DNA of 64,000 nucleotides, from NCBI GenBank assembly GCA_965204725.1, contig OZ242005.1, forward strand, positions 352,001 through 416,000. The letters run 5' to 3'. The notes under the pieces were generated by a model. The model saw nothing but the letters and a program-made list of their open reading frames with translations, did no database searches and was not told where the DNA came from. This DNA comes from Candidatus Latescibacterota bacterium (lineage in GTDB: Bacteria > Latescibacterota > UBA2968 > UBA8231). Each line of letters opens with the position of its first letter. The stretch's first letter is position 1. Positions 1 to 13,831 of the stretch are shown here, piece after piece. Position numbers and translations under genes: made by a program.

Positions 1-8
1 CGCGGCCC

Positions 9-521
9 TTGCAAATCACGGGCCTAGCGTGCGACGCCGACCGGGTAGCCGCCCGCGTCGAAGGCCCGGCACCAGCGGTGCGGAAGCAGCTAGCCACGCT
101 GCGCGCAGGAGAATCAGCCGAGTCAGAGGTCATAGAAGAAGCCGAATCGCGGGCCTTCTGGCGGCGCTGGCGCGAGCTCGAATGGCTGGTCCCGGCCGCC
201 GGCGAACAACGCTGGCGCTTTTCTGGACCGCCGACCCGGATGGTGCAGCTCATGGAAGCCCTAAAGGCCGAGGGGCTGAGCCGCTGGGGGCTGGACTGGG
301 CCGGCGGCTTGCTGTGGGCGCTGTTGCCGGTAGCCGCCCAAGCCGCGCACTTGCAGCGCACCGCAGCACACCACCAAGCCCTCGGCTGGCGTTTTGCAGC
401 CGACGAACACAACGACGACGCCTTTACCCCGCTCAGCCCCGGCGCGGCGCGCATGAACCAGATGCTCAAGCGCGCCCTCGACCCCCAAGGCATTTTCAAC
501 CGCGGCAAAATGTACGCCTAG
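9..521 (+). CDS. FAD-linked oxidase C-terminal part, glycolate oxidase GlcE-like (5'-truncated by window edge)
   Basis: LDWAGGLLW and terminal LKRALDPQGIFNRGKM resemble GlcE C-terminus. Confidence 0.7.
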   Translation: MQITGLACDADRVAARVEGPAPAVRKQLATLRAGESAESEVIEEAESRAFWRRWRELEWLVPAAGEQRWRFSGPPTRMVQLMEALKAEGLSRWGLDWAGGLLWALLPVAAQAAHLQRTAAHHQALGWRFAADEHNDDAFTPLSPGAARMNQMLKRALDPQGIFNRGKMYA

Positions 522-1702
522 TATATCTCGCCTGGGCGATAGTCCGGCGGTGGCGTTTTCCGGTCGCTGAGCCACAGCGCTCGCCCAACCCGCGCTTGGA
601 CGTATTGATAGTCATAGCTCGCATCGGGAGCGGCGATGTTGCCTTGGGACGGATATTGGGCAATCGCCTCCTCAATGAGGTCCACGCCCAGCCCGGGTGC
701 ATCCGGGACCGCAATATGGCTATCTACGACTTGGGGTTGGCCGCTCATTACCTCGTAGCGCTGCGGCACATCGTCGGCCAAGTGCTCCAAGATCAAAAAG
801 TTGGGCAACGTGGCCATTAGGTGGACCGCGGCCATTTCGGCCACCGGCCCCAACGAGCCGTCGTGCGGCGCGACCGTGCAGTAGTGCGCCTCGGCCATAG
901 CGGCGATCTTCTTCATCTGCCACAAGCCCCCAGCGCGGCCCGTATCCGGCTGGACCACATCGATAATTTCGCGCTCAATCAATTCCTTTACGCCCCAAAT
1001 CGTGGCGTGGCGCTCGCCCGCGGCCATGGGAATTTCTACTGCATCGGCCACTCGGGCGAGGGCGTCGATGTTTTCAGGGGCTACTGGGTCTTCGTAAAAC
1101 AGCAGGTCGTAGTCTTCGAGCGCGTGGCCCAAGGCAATAGCGTCGCGCGTCGTCAGCCAAGGCGGCCCGTGGACATCGACCATGAGATCGACCTCGTCGC
1201 CGACCTCCTTGCGGATGGCCGCGACCGTTTCGACGCAATTTTTGATTCCCCCAGTCTTTATCGCCGTATAGCCTTGATCGACCAAGGCGCGCGCCCGCTC
1301 TTTTTCGTGTGCGTGGGCATAGACCCGCACCCGGTCGCGCATCTTGCCGCCCAATAGGTTCCACACCGGCTGCCCCAGGGCCTTGCCCTTGAGGTCCCAC
1401 AGGGCCATCTCAATGCCCGTCATGGCACCCGAGCCGACAATGCCGGTCATGCCGTGGCCCATCATCGCCACCTGCATCTTACCCCACAGCCGCTCGATGT
1501 GGAAGGGGTCCTCACCGATCATCAAAGGCGTCAGGTCGTGGATGGCCGTTTCGACCACGCGCGGCCAGCCCGACGCCTCGCCCACGCCGTAGAGGCCGGC
1601 GTCGGTCTCGACCTTGACGAAAAGCCAGTTGCGCGCCGACCAACCGCTCGCCTGCGGGGGCGCACACTGCATCAAATAGGTTTTGATCTGGGTAATTTTC
1701 AT
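518..1702 (-). CDS. Mandelate racemase/muconate lactonizing family enolase (galactonate dehydratase-like)
   Basis: MKIT..WLFVKVETDAGLYGVGE, IEMALWDLKGK, YEDP, AGER, QPD motifs; ATG at 1702 with GGGGAG RBS. Confidence 0.9.
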   Translation of the reverse strand: MKITQIKTYLMQCAPPQASGWSARNWLFVKVETDAGLYGVGEASGWPRVVETAIHDLTPLMIGEDPFHIERLWGKMQVAMMGHGMTGIVGSGAMTGIEMALWDLKGKALGQPVWNLLGGKMRDRVRVYAHAHEKERARALVDQGYTAIKTGGIKNCVETVAAIRKEVGDEVDLMVDVHGPPWLTTRDAIALGHALEDYDLLFYEDPVAPENIDALARVADAVEIPMAAGERHATIWGVKELIEREIIDVVQPDTGRAGGLWQMKKIAAMAEAHYCTVAPHDGSLGPVAEMAAVHLMATLPNFLILEHLADDVPQRYEVMSGQPQVVDSHIAVPDAPGLGVDLIEEAIAQYPSQGNIAAPDASYDYQYVQARVGRALWLSDRKTPPPDYRPGEIY

Positions 1703-1837
1703 AGCGGTCTCCCCGTGTTGTGATGGAGCGACAAGTATAAGCCAGCGCACAAAATCAATCCATTGCCGACGCCCCGAGCGCAAATTGACAGGCATATTTT
1801 CAATCGTTAGCTTCTAAATTTTCTATTTAGCGATTCA

Positions 1838-2827
1838 ATGCCCACAGATGCCTTTCTCATGGATCCCTGCATAGGTCTGATCGATCAAGAATTGGCTCGG
1901 TTTGAAAAGCGGCTCAACGCCGCGCTCAACGCCGATGTCGAGTTGGTCCACGTCATTGCCCGCTACATGGCGACGCTCAAGGGCAAGCGCCTCCGGCCCG
2001 CCCTTACCTTGCTCGTGGCGAAAGCGTCCGGCGACTGGAACGAACAGCTAATCGATTCGGCCGTGGCGGTCGAGATGATTCACGCGGCCACGATGGCCCA
2101 CGACGACGTAGTGGATTCAGCGACCGTGCGCCGAGGGCGAGAGACGGTCAACCAGCGCTGGAACGGGCAGACCGCCGTTCTCATGGGCGATTTTCTCCTC
2201 GCCCGCGCCCTGCGCCTGCTGATTGAGGTCGGCAATTTGCAGGTCCTGAGCGTCGTCGCACACGCCACCGAGCGGCTGAGCATGGGCGAAATTTTTGAAA
2301 TCCAAATCGGCACTCAGTGCGATACGCGCCAAGCGTCGTACTTTGCCATGGTCAGCGACAAGACGGCTTCCCTGATCTCGGCCGCAACCCGGATTGGCGC
2401 GATCCTCGCCGGCGCGTCGGACGAGGTAGTGCAATCCATGGGGTGCTACGGAGAATCGCTCGGTCGCGCCTTCCAAGTCGCCGACGACATTCTCGACCTC
2501 ACCAGCGATCAGGCCACCATGGGCAAGCCCGTCGGGCACGACCTGCGCGAAGGCAAAATCACCTTGCCATTGATACGCGCCTTACAGCAAGCTCCCGCAG
2601 AAGCGCGGGCCGAGATGGAGACCCTTTTGGCCGGGCCGGACAAGGACGAAGCCGAATGGAAGCAGATCGTGGCCTTTGTCGAGCAGTACCAAGGGGTCGC
2701 CGCGGCCACCGAGATCGCGCACGAATACGCCACCCACGCGCAGCAATGTTTAGAGGTCCTAGCCCCTTCCCCGGCTCGCGCCGCACTAGAACGCGCCGTG
2801 CAGCTCGTCGTCGAACGCAGCAATTGA
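1838..2827 (+). CDS. ispB: Polyprenyl diphosphate synthase (IspB-like)
   Basis: GKRLRP, HDDVVD..RRG, FQVADDILD, GKPVGHDLREGKITLP. Confidence 0.9.
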   Translation: MPTDAFLMDPCIGLIDQELARFEKRLNAALNADVELVHVIARYMATLKGKRLRPALTLLVAKASGDWNEQLIDSAVAVEMIHAATMAHDDVVDSATVRRGRETVNQRWNGQTAVLMGDFLLARALRLLIEVGNLQVLSVVAHATERLSMGEIFEIQIGTQCDTRQASYFAMVSDKTASLISAATRIGAILAGASDEVVQSMGCYGESLGRAFQVADDILDLTSDQATMGKPVGHDLREGKITLPLIRALQQAPAEARAEMETLLAGPDKDEAEWKQIVAFVEQYQGVAAATEIAHEYATHAQQCLEVLAPSPARAALERAVQLVVERSN

Positions 2828-2839
2828 CGCGACCAGTCC

Positions 2840-3883
2840 ATGCTCAAGCGCAGTCTGCTGGCCGTAGGCGGGTTGGCCGCGGTCCTGTACTTTCTGCCGG
2901 CCCCCCAGCCCGCCGCGCCGGTGAGCGCAGACCGCCTCTTGTTAGGAACCCTCGTCACGGTCAAACTCTACGGAGACGAAGCAGTGGTTCGCCCGCACTT
3001 AGCGGCGGCGTACGCAGAGATCGCCCGCGTCGATTCGGCGATGAGCCACTACCGCGAGGGCGGCGCATTGCGGCGACTCGAACAGCAGGCGCGGCTCGCT
3101 CCAACGCGCGGCTCGGCCGGGCTGATTGCGGTCTTGGCGCGCAGCCAGCATTTCGCCGCGTTGACCGATGGTGCCTTTGACTGCACGATGGGAGCATTGA
3201 CCAGTCTGTGGAATTTTCCCGCTGCGGTCGCACCGCCTACCCCGGAGCAGATTGATTCGGCACGGGCACGGGTGGGCTACGAAGCGTTGGAGGTTGCCGC
3301 CCAACCCCAGACGTTTCGGATCAACCGGGCTGGGGTGCGGTTGGATTTGGGGGCCGCGGCCAAAGGCTACGCGGTTGACCAAGCGGTCGCGGCCATGCGG
3401 GAATTGGCCGTGGAGGCCGGAGTAATCGAGGCCGGGGGCGACATTCGCTATTGGGGCGCAAAGCCGGACGGGCGGCCTTGGCTTTTTGGGGTCCAGCACC
3501 CGCGCTCCCCAGCGCAATACATCGCAGTAGAGGACCTCGGGCTCGCGGCGATTGCGACCTCGGGCGACTACGAGCAATACTTTGATTGGGAAGGCACGCG
3601 CTATCACCACTTGCTCGACCCCAAGACCGGCTATCCAGCGCGGGCGAGCATAAGTGCCACCGTGTGGGCCGCGACTGCTCTCGACGCCGACATCTTGGCG
3701 ACCGCGGTCTTCGTCCTAGGGCCGGACCAAGGGCTCGCCCTCGTCGAGGGCCTAGCGGACGTCGAGGGCTTCGTTTTCTTTGAGCGAGACGGGCAGCTCA
3801 TGCACCGGGCCTCAAGCGGGATGAAGGGCCGCTTTCGCTTTTGCAATAGCAGCAAACTTTCGCCGGGCTGCGCCCGGCAATAG
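2840..3883 (+). CDS. apbE: FAD:protein FMN transferase
   Basis: N-terminal signal, LDLGAAAKGYAVD, AGGDI, ATSGDYE, YHHLLDPKTGYP, ADILATA. Confidence 0.93.
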   Translation: MLKRSLLAVGGLAAVLYFLPAPQPAAPVSADRLLLGTLVTVKLYGDEAVVRPHLAAAYAEIARVDSAMSHYREGGALRRLEQQARLAPTRGSAGLIAVLARSQHFAALTDGAFDCTMGALTSLWNFPAAVAPPTPEQIDSARARVGYEALEVAAQPQTFRINRAGVRLDLGAAAKGYAVDQAVAAMRELAVEAGVIEAGGDIRYWGAKPDGRPWLFGVQHPRSPAQYIAVEDLGLAAIATSGDYEQYFDWEGTRYHHLLDPKTGYPARASISATVWAATALDADILATAVFVLGPDQGLALVEGLADVEGFVFFERDGQLMHRASSGMKGRFRFCNSSKLSPGCARQ

Positions 3884-3902
3884 CGGAGTAAAGACAACTC
3901 TT

Positions 3903-6434
3903 ATGAAACGCAACCGGAAATTCGTGCTGATCCTAGCACTGATCGCGGCCGCAGTGTACTACCTCCTGCCAAGCGTGGAATTTTACAGCATGACGCACGA
4001 CGAGCGAGAAGCCATGGGGCTGAAGTCCCCCGACCAGCTCGTCGATTTAAAAAAGCACTCGCTCAACTTGGGGCTAGACTTGCAGGGCGGCATCCACCTC
4101 GTCCTAGAGGTCAAGACCGAGGGGTTAGAGCAGCAGGACGCCCAAGACGCGGTCGCCCAAGCACAGGAAGTCATCCGCAACCGCATCGATCAGTTCGGGG
4201 TGGCCGAGCCGACGATCCAGCGCCAAGGCGACAATCGCATCATCATCGAGTTGCCCGGCGTCCAAGACGTGCAGCGCGCCAAGGATCTAGTCGGCCAGAC
4301 CGCGCTTCTCGAATTCCAGCTCCTCGAACCTTCTGAGGACCGCGCTCGCCTAATCCAGCGCCTCGACCAAGCGCTAGCCCCGCCAGAAGAGGGCGAAGCG
4401 GAAGAGGAAGAGGAAGAAGATCTCCTCCTTTCCTCCACGCGAGAAACCGCGCCCCTCTCCGCCCTGCTCAGTCCCGCCGGCGAAGACCTCACGGTTTCGG
4501 GCCGCGACTTGCTGCGCGTCAAGAACTTGCTCAACACCCCAGAGGCCCAAAAGCTCATCCCCGCCGACGTGGAATTTCTCTTTTCTAGCAAGCCCGCCGG
4601 CACCGAGGGCAATCCGTTCTACTTCCTCTACTTGGTGCGCGAGAAGCCGGAGATGACCGGGCACATGATTCAGGACGCCTTTGTCTCCATCGGCCAAGTC
4701 GTCGAGTACATGGGCCAGCCCATCGTCAACTTCTCGACCACCGACGAGGGGGTGCGGCTCTTCAGCCGCATCACGGGTTCACACGTCGGCGAGCGCATGG
4801 CCATCGTCCTCGACGAATCAGTGTACTCGGCCCCGGTCATCCAGAGCAAAATCAGCGAGGGGCGCGGTATCATCACCGGCAGCGGGACCCAAGAAGAGGC
4901 CAAAGACCTCGCCATCGTGCTGCGGGCCGGTGCGCTACCGGCCGAGGTGGAGATCATCGAGGACCGCACAGTAGGCCCCTCGCTGGGGCGCGACTCAATT
5001 GAGCAAGGCAAGACCGCGGCGATCTACAGCATGGTGCTTATCGCGATCTTCATGGTCCTTTACTATCGAGCAGCCGGGCTGATCGCCAACTCCGCCCTCC
5101 TGCTCAACATGCTCTTCATCATGGCGGTGCTAGCCGGTTTTCACGCCACCTTGACCTTGCCCGGCATCGCCGGCATCATCCTGACCATCGGCATGGCCGT
5201 CGATGCCAACGTGCTGATCTTCGAGCGCATCCGCGAAGAACTGCGCTCGGGCAAGACCATTCGCGCGGCCATCGATTCCGGCTATGGTCACGCGCTCTCG
5301 GCCATCATCGACGCCAATGTGACCACGTTCCTAGTTGGAGTCGTGCTCTATCAGTTCGGCACCGGGCCGATTCGCGGCTTTGCCTTGACCTTGTGCATCG
5401 GCATCATCTCCAGCCTCTTTACGGCCTTCTTTGTAACCCGCACCATTTTCGACTTGATCACCCGAAAGTCGCAACGATCCACCTTGAGCATCGGGCCGGT
5501 CGCGCTCTTCGCCAACCTAAACATCCGCTTCCTCTCCCTCCGCAACCTAGGGTTTGGGGCCTCGGCGGCCGTGCTACTGCTCGGCGGCGTCTCCATTTTG
5601 GGCATTCATGGCATCCGGCAGGGCATTGACTTTGCCGGCGGCACCTTGCTGGAGTTGCACTTCGACCCAGCCGTACAAGTCGAGGATATACGCAGCCAGC
5701 TTGGCCGCGTTCCCGTGGGCGATGCCGAGATCGATCTGAGCAAGAGCGAGATCAAGCAGTTCGGCTCGGAAAATGACATCCTCATCCGCGTCAGCGAAAG
5801 CGGGGCTGGCACCGAGGTGGCCGACGGCATTATGGAGGTTCTCAAGTCTGGGTTTGCCTCCAGTATCGCGGAGACGGAGTGGATTCGCCGCCAAGAAAAG
5901 GTCGGGCCTAAAATCGGCAGCGAACTGAGCAGCGCGGCCGTGCGGGCGATGTTGGTGGCCCTAGGGCTGATTCTGATCTACATGGCTTTGCGCTTCCACC
6001 GCTTCCTCTACGGGATCGCCGCGGTCGTCGCGCTTTTTCACGACGTGCTCATCACCCTCGGGTTGCTCTCGTTCTTCAACATTGAGATTACCCTCGCGGT
6101 GGTCGCCGCCCTGCTAGCCATTGTCGGCTACTCGCTCAACGATACGATTGTGGTCTTCGACCGCATCCGCGAGAATTTGCACACCGTCCGCCGACAGGGC
6201 TTTGAGGGCACGGTCAACCAGAGCATCAACGAGTGCTTGAGCCGCACGCTAATCACCTCGGCGACGACCCTACTGGCGGTGCTGGTGCTCATGATCTTTG
6301 GCGGCGAGGTCAACCGCGACTTTACTATCACTTTGCTGATCGGCGTCGTGGTCGGCACCTATTCGTCTGTATTCGTCGCCAGCCCGGTGCTTTACCTAGG
6401 CCAACAGCGGGCCGCGGCCAAAGGGACCCAGTAA
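3903..6434 (+). CDS. secDF: Protein translocase SecDF fusion
   Basis: LGLDLQGG, RIDQFGVAEP, GMAVDANVLIFERIREE, GIDFAGG, GYSLNDTIVVFDRIRE. Confidence 0.97.
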   Translation: MKRNRKFVLILALIAAAVYYLLPSVEFYSMTHDEREAMGLKSPDQLVDLKKHSLNLGLDLQGGIHLVLEVKTEGLEQQDAQDAVAQAQEVIRNRIDQFGVAEPTIQRQGDNRIIIELPGVQDVQRAKDLVGQTALLEFQLLEPSEDRARLIQRLDQALAPPEEGEAEEEEEEDLLLSSTRETAPLSALLSPAGEDLTVSGRDLLRVKNLLNTPEAQKLIPADVEFLFSSKPAGTEGNPFYFLYLVREKPEMTGHMIQDAFVSIGQVVEYMGQPIVNFSTTDEGVRLFSRITGSHVGERMAIVLDESVYSAPVIQSKISEGRGIITGSGTQEEAKDLAIVLRAGALPAEVEIIEDRTVGPSLGRDSIEQGKTAAIYSMVLIAIFMVLYYRAAGLIANSALLLNMLFIMAVLAGFHATLTLPGIAGIILTIGMAVDANVLIFERIREELRSGKTIRAAIDSGYGHALSAIIDANVTTFLVGVVLYQFGTGPIRGFALTLCIGIISSLFTAFFVTRTIFDLITRKSQRSTLSIGPVALFANLNIRFLSLRNLGFGASAAVLLLGGVSILGIHGIRQGIDFAGGTLLELHFDPAVQVEDIRSQLGRVPVGDAEIDLSKSEIKQFGSENDILIRVSESGAGTEVADGIMEVLKSGFASSIAETEWIRRQEKVGPKIGSELSSAAVRAMLVALGLILIYMALRFHRFLYGIAAVVALFHDVLITLGLLSFFNIEITLAVVAALLAIVGYSLNDTIVVFDRIRENLHTVRRQGFEGTVNQSINECLSRTLITSATTLLAVLVLMIFGGEVNRDFTITLLIGVVVGTYSSVFVASPVLYLGQQRAAAKGTQ

Positions 6435-6467
6435 AGCCAGCTAGGCGGGGCGAGGCCGCCTCTCGCC

Positions 6468-7679
6468 ATGAAAACAATAGTCGTAGCTGCCTTTGTCCTG
6501 CTCCTGACTTATTACGGGCCGCTGCAAGATCGCTCCAGCCCCTTTGACGCCGCGTGGATGCTCGGCGCTCTGGCCCTCTTGGCCGCGGCGGGCGGCCAAC
6601 TAGCGCAGGCGATTCGCCTGCCGGCCCTCGTGGGGTGGGTCGGAGCGGGGATGTTGCTGGGCAGCGGCGGCTTGCAACTGGTCGATCTAGGCGCGTTTTC
6701 TCTCCACCAAATGCTCTTTCTCACGGCCGGCCTCGGGGTCGGGTTCCAAGTGGGGCTCCACGTGATATGGCCAGCGCATGTTTGGCGCATGCTTGGATTG
6801 GCCGCGGCGGCGACCGCGCTGATCTTCGCGGCCGTAACGGCGATTACCGCATTGCTCGGGTTGCCTTGGGAGCAAGCCGTACTCCTCGGCGCATTAGCCA
6901 GCTTGTGGGGGGCCTTCACCGGCGTCCCGGAAGTTGGGCGGCGCACCGCGCTGCTGCTGGCCGTGCTGGGGACGGGCTGCGCCCTCGGGGCGTTGAGTGG
7001 AGCACTGGTCTTGCTAAAAATCGGGACCGCTGGCTGGGTCGGGCGCGTCGGCCTGTCGCTGGTGGCCGGCGCCGGACTGGGGCTGGGGTTGCGCCTCTTG
7101 GGTCGGTTCGCTGTCCCGAGCGCGACCGTCGTCTCCGGCCTAGTGGGGGCTTTTTTCTTGGCGGCGCTCGGGCTGGATGTCCTCGGGCTGATGGCTCTGC
7201 CCTGCGGGCTGGTGGCGGGACTCGTGCAGGACGAGCAGCAAAGCCGCCGCGTGCGGCTCCTGCTGCACCGGGGTGCGCCGGTCGCCTTTATGCTCTTTTT
7301 CGCGCTGGTGGGAACCTCGCTGGAGCTCGGCGCGCTGTGGCCTCCCGTGGCCGGGCTGTACGAAGCGGCACTCGTGCTGGTGACCGTGCCCCTAATTCTG
7401 CGGGGACTGGCCTCTATGGCGTACTACCCGTTGCCCGGCCCCCACCCCCATCCGGGCTTTGGCTGGCGGCTTCTGCCGCGCGGCGCGTTGCTATTTGAGT
7501 TGTTCTACGGCCCGCACGGACTGGCCCCTTACGTAGGGGCCGAAGGGCTGGTGGCGCAGGTCGTGCTCTTGGACATCCTCTTTTCGACCCTGCTTTTCTC
7601 CTCCTTGGCAGCGCTCGTAGATGCGAGCCTTTTGGCGGCAGCAAAGGCCCGGCCCGCAAAAGACGGGGCGGCGGCTTAG
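6468..7679 (+). CDS. Multi-pass membrane protein, cation:proton antiporter-like
   Basis: Many hydrophobic helices; RLPALVGWVGAGMLLG and FFALVG resemble CPA-type exchangers. Confidence 0.55.
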   Translation: MKTIVVAAFVLLLTYYGPLQDRSSPFDAAWMLGALALLAAAGGQLAQAIRLPALVGWVGAGMLLGSGGLQLVDLGAFSLHQMLFLTAGLGVGFQVGLHVIWPAHVWRMLGLAAAATALIFAAVTAITALLGLPWEQAVLLGALASLWGAFTGVPEVGRRTALLLAVLGTGCALGALSGALVLLKIGTAGWVGRVGLSLVAGAGLGLGLRLLGRFAVPSATVVSGLVGAFFLAALGLDVLGLMALPCGLVAGLVQDEQQSRRVRLLLHRGAPVAFMLFFALVGTSLELGALWPPVAGLYEAALVLVTVPLILRGLASMAYYPLPGPHPHPGFGWRLLPRGALLFELFYGPHGLAPYVGAEGLVAQVVLLDILFSTLLFSSLAALVDASLLAAAKARPAKDGAAA

Positions 7680-7740
7680 GTGCGCTGCTGGTTTGTGCCC
7701 AACTGGGCTGATTTGTATCTTTGATAGTCTAACATTTTGC

Positions 7741-8433
7741 ATGGATCACATTCGCAAAAACTGGGAATTGCTGTGCGCCCGCATCGAGCGAGCGGCCGGG
7801 CGCAGCGGGCGCGTAGCGAGCGCGATTGAAGTAGTCGCCGTCAGCAAAACGCGCAACGCACGCGAAATCGAGGCGGCTTACGCCTGCGGCTTGCGCCTCG
7901 TGGGCGAAAACCGCATCCAAGAAGCAGCGGCCAAGCGGCCGCAGGTCGCCGCGCCCCTTGCTTGGCACTTCGTCGGCCACTTGCAGACGAATAAAGCCGG
8001 GCCGGCTGTCGAGCTGTTCGACCTCGTCCACTCGGTCGATTCCGCACGGCTCGCGAGGGCACTCAGCCGCCGGGCCGCGCCCACCGGCCGCCCCATCGAG
8101 GTGCTCTTGCAGGTCAACACGGCTGGCAGCCAGCATCAAGCCGGAGTGACGCCCGACCAACTCGTCGATCTAGTCGCAGCCCTCGCGCCGCTGCCGCACT
8201 TGCGGATTCGCGGCCTGATGACCATTGCCGCCCACAGCGAAAACGAAGCCGCCGTGCGGGGCTGCTTTCGGGCCTTGCGCGAGCTCGGCGAAAAAATCGC
8301 CCAGTGCAAATTTGCGGGGGTGTCCGTGGACTACCTGTCTATGGGCATGAGCGGCGACTTTGAACTCGCCATCGCCGAAGGGGCCAATCTGTTGCGCCTC
8401 GGCACGGCGATCTTCGGCCCGCGGCCGACCTGA
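7741..8433 (+). CDS. yggS: PLP homeostasis protein YggS
   Basis: VAVSK, GENRIQE, WHFVGHLQTNK, LSMGMSGDF, RLGTAIFG; ATG at 7741. Confidence 0.95.
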   Translation: MDHIRKNWELLCARIERAAGRSGRVASAIEVVAVSKTRNAREIEAAYACGLRLVGENRIQEAAAKRPQVAAPLAWHFVGHLQTNKAGPAVELFDLVHSVDSARLARALSRRAAPTGRPIEVLLQVNTAGSQHQAGVTPDQLVDLVAALAPLPHLRIRGLMTIAAHSENEAAVRGCFRALRELGEKIAQCKFAGVSVDYLSMGMSGDFELAIAEGANLLRLGTAIFGPRPT

Positions 8434-8449
8434 TTTACAGGAGACAATC

Positions 8450-8739
8450 GTGTTCGATTACGGCGGTTTTTTTATTGATGTCAAGGGCCTCATCATCAAC
8501 CTCATCGAGATCTATAGCTGGGTGGTCATCATCCGGGTCCTGATCTCGTGGTTCAACCCCAACCCCCACAACCCGCTCATCCAATTCCTGCGCGGCGTCA
8601 CCGACCCAGCCCTCGACGCAGTGCGCTCCTTCTTGCCGCGGTTTTTTTGGTCAACCGGAATAGACTTTACGCCGATAGTCCTGTTTTTTCTGCTCAAGCT
8701 AGCCGTCATCTTTCTCCATCGCATCTTTCCCGCAGCAGG

Positions 8740-8743
<4 letters not shown>
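8450..8743 (+). CDS. yggT: YggT family membrane protein
   Basis: RVLISWFNPNPHNP..TDP..IDFTPIV; GTG at 8450 after AGGAG. Confidence 0.9.
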
Positions 8744-11901
<3,158 letters not shown>

Positions 11902-11933
11902 GCACAAACGGACGACGCGAAGAGAGGAAAAAA

Positions 11934-12338
11934 ATGGACGACAAGCCTAAACAAATGGACCAAGAACACCTCGATTTTTTTAAGAAGTTATTACTCAAAA
12001 AAATAGCCCAGACCTCAGACGACGTCGAAGCCATTGAAAACACGGCGCGCAACGAGGCCCGGGAAATGGCCTCCGAAGACCGCTCTACCTACTCACTACA
12101 CATGGCCGATCACGGGACCGATGCCATGGAGCGCGAAAAATCCCTGCTCCTCGCCCAGCGCGGTGGCGATTACATCGACTACTTAAACGAGGCCCTGCAA
12201 CGCATTGAGGACGGCACCTTTGGCATCTGCCGCACCTGCAAAAGGCCCATCGGCCGCGGCCGCCTAGAGGCCGTGCCCACCGCCACCCAGTGCATTAGCT
12301 GCAAGTCCAAGCGCGAGGAGGCGTCGGACTTAGAGTGA
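11934..12338 (+). CDS. TraR/DksA C4-zinc-finger protein
   Basis: HMADHGTD, CRTC...RLEAVP...CISC. Confidence 0.92.
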   Translation: MDDKPKQMDQEHLDFFKKLLLKKIAQTSDDVEAIENTARNEAREMASEDRSTYSLHMADHGTDAMEREKSLLLAQRGGDYIDYLNEALQRIEDGTFGICRTCKRPIGRGRLEAVPTATQCISCKSKREEASDLE

Positions 12339-12817
12339 CGTTTCTGTGGATCATACCGCTGGCCGTGGCCATCGATCAAGCCAGCAAACTCATCGTCCGC
12401 GGCTCCATGACCCTATACCAGTCCGAGCCGGTGCTGGGCGACTTTTTCCGCCTGACCTACATCCACAACCCCGGCGCGGCCTTCGGGCTGAACATGGGCA
12501 GCCCGCTGTTGCACACCGCCTTCTCGATCTTTGCCCTCGGCATCCTCGTTTACCTCTACCGCTCGCTCGCCGCGCACGAGCGGCTCTTGCGCCTAGCCCT
12601 CTGCCTAGTGCTAGGCGGGGCCGTGGGCAACATCATCGACCGCCTGTACTTGGGGGAAGTGGTGGATTTTTTCGATTTCGGCCTCGGGGATTTGCGCTGG
12701 CCGATCTTCAACTTTGCCGATTCCTTCGTCACCGTTGGCGTCTTGCTCTTGGCCTTGGGGTACTCGCGCCGCGAAAAGACCCCGGCCGCCCCTGCTGAGG
12801 AAGCCGCCCCCAGCTAA
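12335..12817 (+). CDS. lspA: Lipoprotein signal peptidase II
   Basis: DQASK, NPGAAFG, GAVGNIIDR, VVDF, FNFAD. Confidence 0.96.
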   Translation: MTFLWIIPLAVAIDQASKLIVRGSMTLYQSEPVLGDFFRLTYIHNPGAAFGLNMGSPLLHTAFSIFALGILVYLYRSLAAHERLLRLALCLVLGGAVGNIIDRLYLGEVVDFFDFGLGDLRWPIFNFADSFVTVGVLLLALGYSRREKTPAAPAEEAAPS

Positions 12818-12821
12818 CGCC

Positions 12822-13775
12822 ATGCACCTCGCCGTTGCCGCTGTTGCGCCCGAGCGGCTCGATCTCTTTCTGCGCCGCCGCTATCTCCAGCTTTCTCGCA
12901 GCCGCATCCAAACGCTGATTAAATCCGGGGCGATTCGCGTCAATGGCGCGCCGACGCGCCCGGCGTACTTGGTCCAGCCTGGGGACGAGATCGCCGTCGA
13001 GCTGCCTGCGCCCGAGCCGCTCGCCGCGCAGCCCGAGCCGCTGCCCCTGTCCATCGCGTACGAAGACGACGACCTGCTGGTCGTGAACAAGGCGGCCGGC
13101 ATGACCGTGCATCCGGCCCCGGGCGCGGCCGAGGGCACCCTCGTCAACGCGCTGTTGCACCACTGCCGCAACCTCTCGGGCATCAACGGCGTCCGCCGGC
13201 CGGGGATCGTCCACCGGCTCGACAAGGAGACCAGCGGCTTGCTGCTAGTCGCCAAGCGCGACGACGCCCATCGGCGGCTCGCTCACAGCCTGCAAGCGCG
13301 GCAGATTGAGCGCTGTTATCTCGCTCTCGTTTGGGGGGGGATGCGGGAGGCTGAGGTCCGGGTCGAGGCCTCGATTGGTCGCCACCCTAAGAACCGCAAA
13401 AAAATGGCTGTGGTCGCCGGCGGTCGAGCCGCCGCCACGAACTTCAAGGTCGCCGAGCGTTTCCCTTTTACCAACCTAGTCGAATGCCGCCTAGAGACCG
13501 GACGGACGCACCAAATCCGTGTGCATCTGGCCCATATCGGCCACCCGGTTTTCGGCGATCCCGTGTATGGAGGCCGCGATCGGGCGCGGGGCATTCGCCC
13601 GGAATACCAGCGTCAAGCCAAGTGGATGCTGACCCAGATCAAACGCCAAGCCCTGCATGCCTACGCGCTGCGCTTTGCCCATCCGACGACCGGGGAAGCC
13701 ATGGCGTTTACGGCCGAGCCGCCGGAGGACATGCGGGCGGTGTTGGCTGCGGCGCGGGTCCGCTCCCAACCCTAG
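12822..13775 (+). CDS. rluD: RluA/RluD family pseudouridine synthase
   Basis: S4-like N-terminus, VNKAAG, GIVHRLDKETSG, LETGRTHQIRVH, QALHA. Confidence 0.93.
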   Translation: MHLAVAAVAPERLDLFLRRRYLQLSRSRIQTLIKSGAIRVNGAPTRPAYLVQPGDEIAVELPAPEPLAAQPEPLPLSIAYEDDDLLVVNKAAGMTVHPAPGAAEGTLVNALLHHCRNLSGINGVRRPGIVHRLDKETSGLLLVAKRDDAHRRLAHSLQARQIERCYLALVWGGMREAEVRVEASIGRHPKNRKKMAVVAGGRAAATNFKVAERFPFTNLVECRLETGRTHQIRVHLAHIGHPVFGDPVYGGRDRARGIRPEYQRQAKWMLTQIKRQALHAYALRFAHPTTGEAMAFTAEPPEDMRAVLAAARVRSQP

Positions 13776-13831
13776 CCCTAAACTACCAGCCGCCGAGACC
13801 CGGCGAACTCGCATCTAAAGTGCTCCTGTTT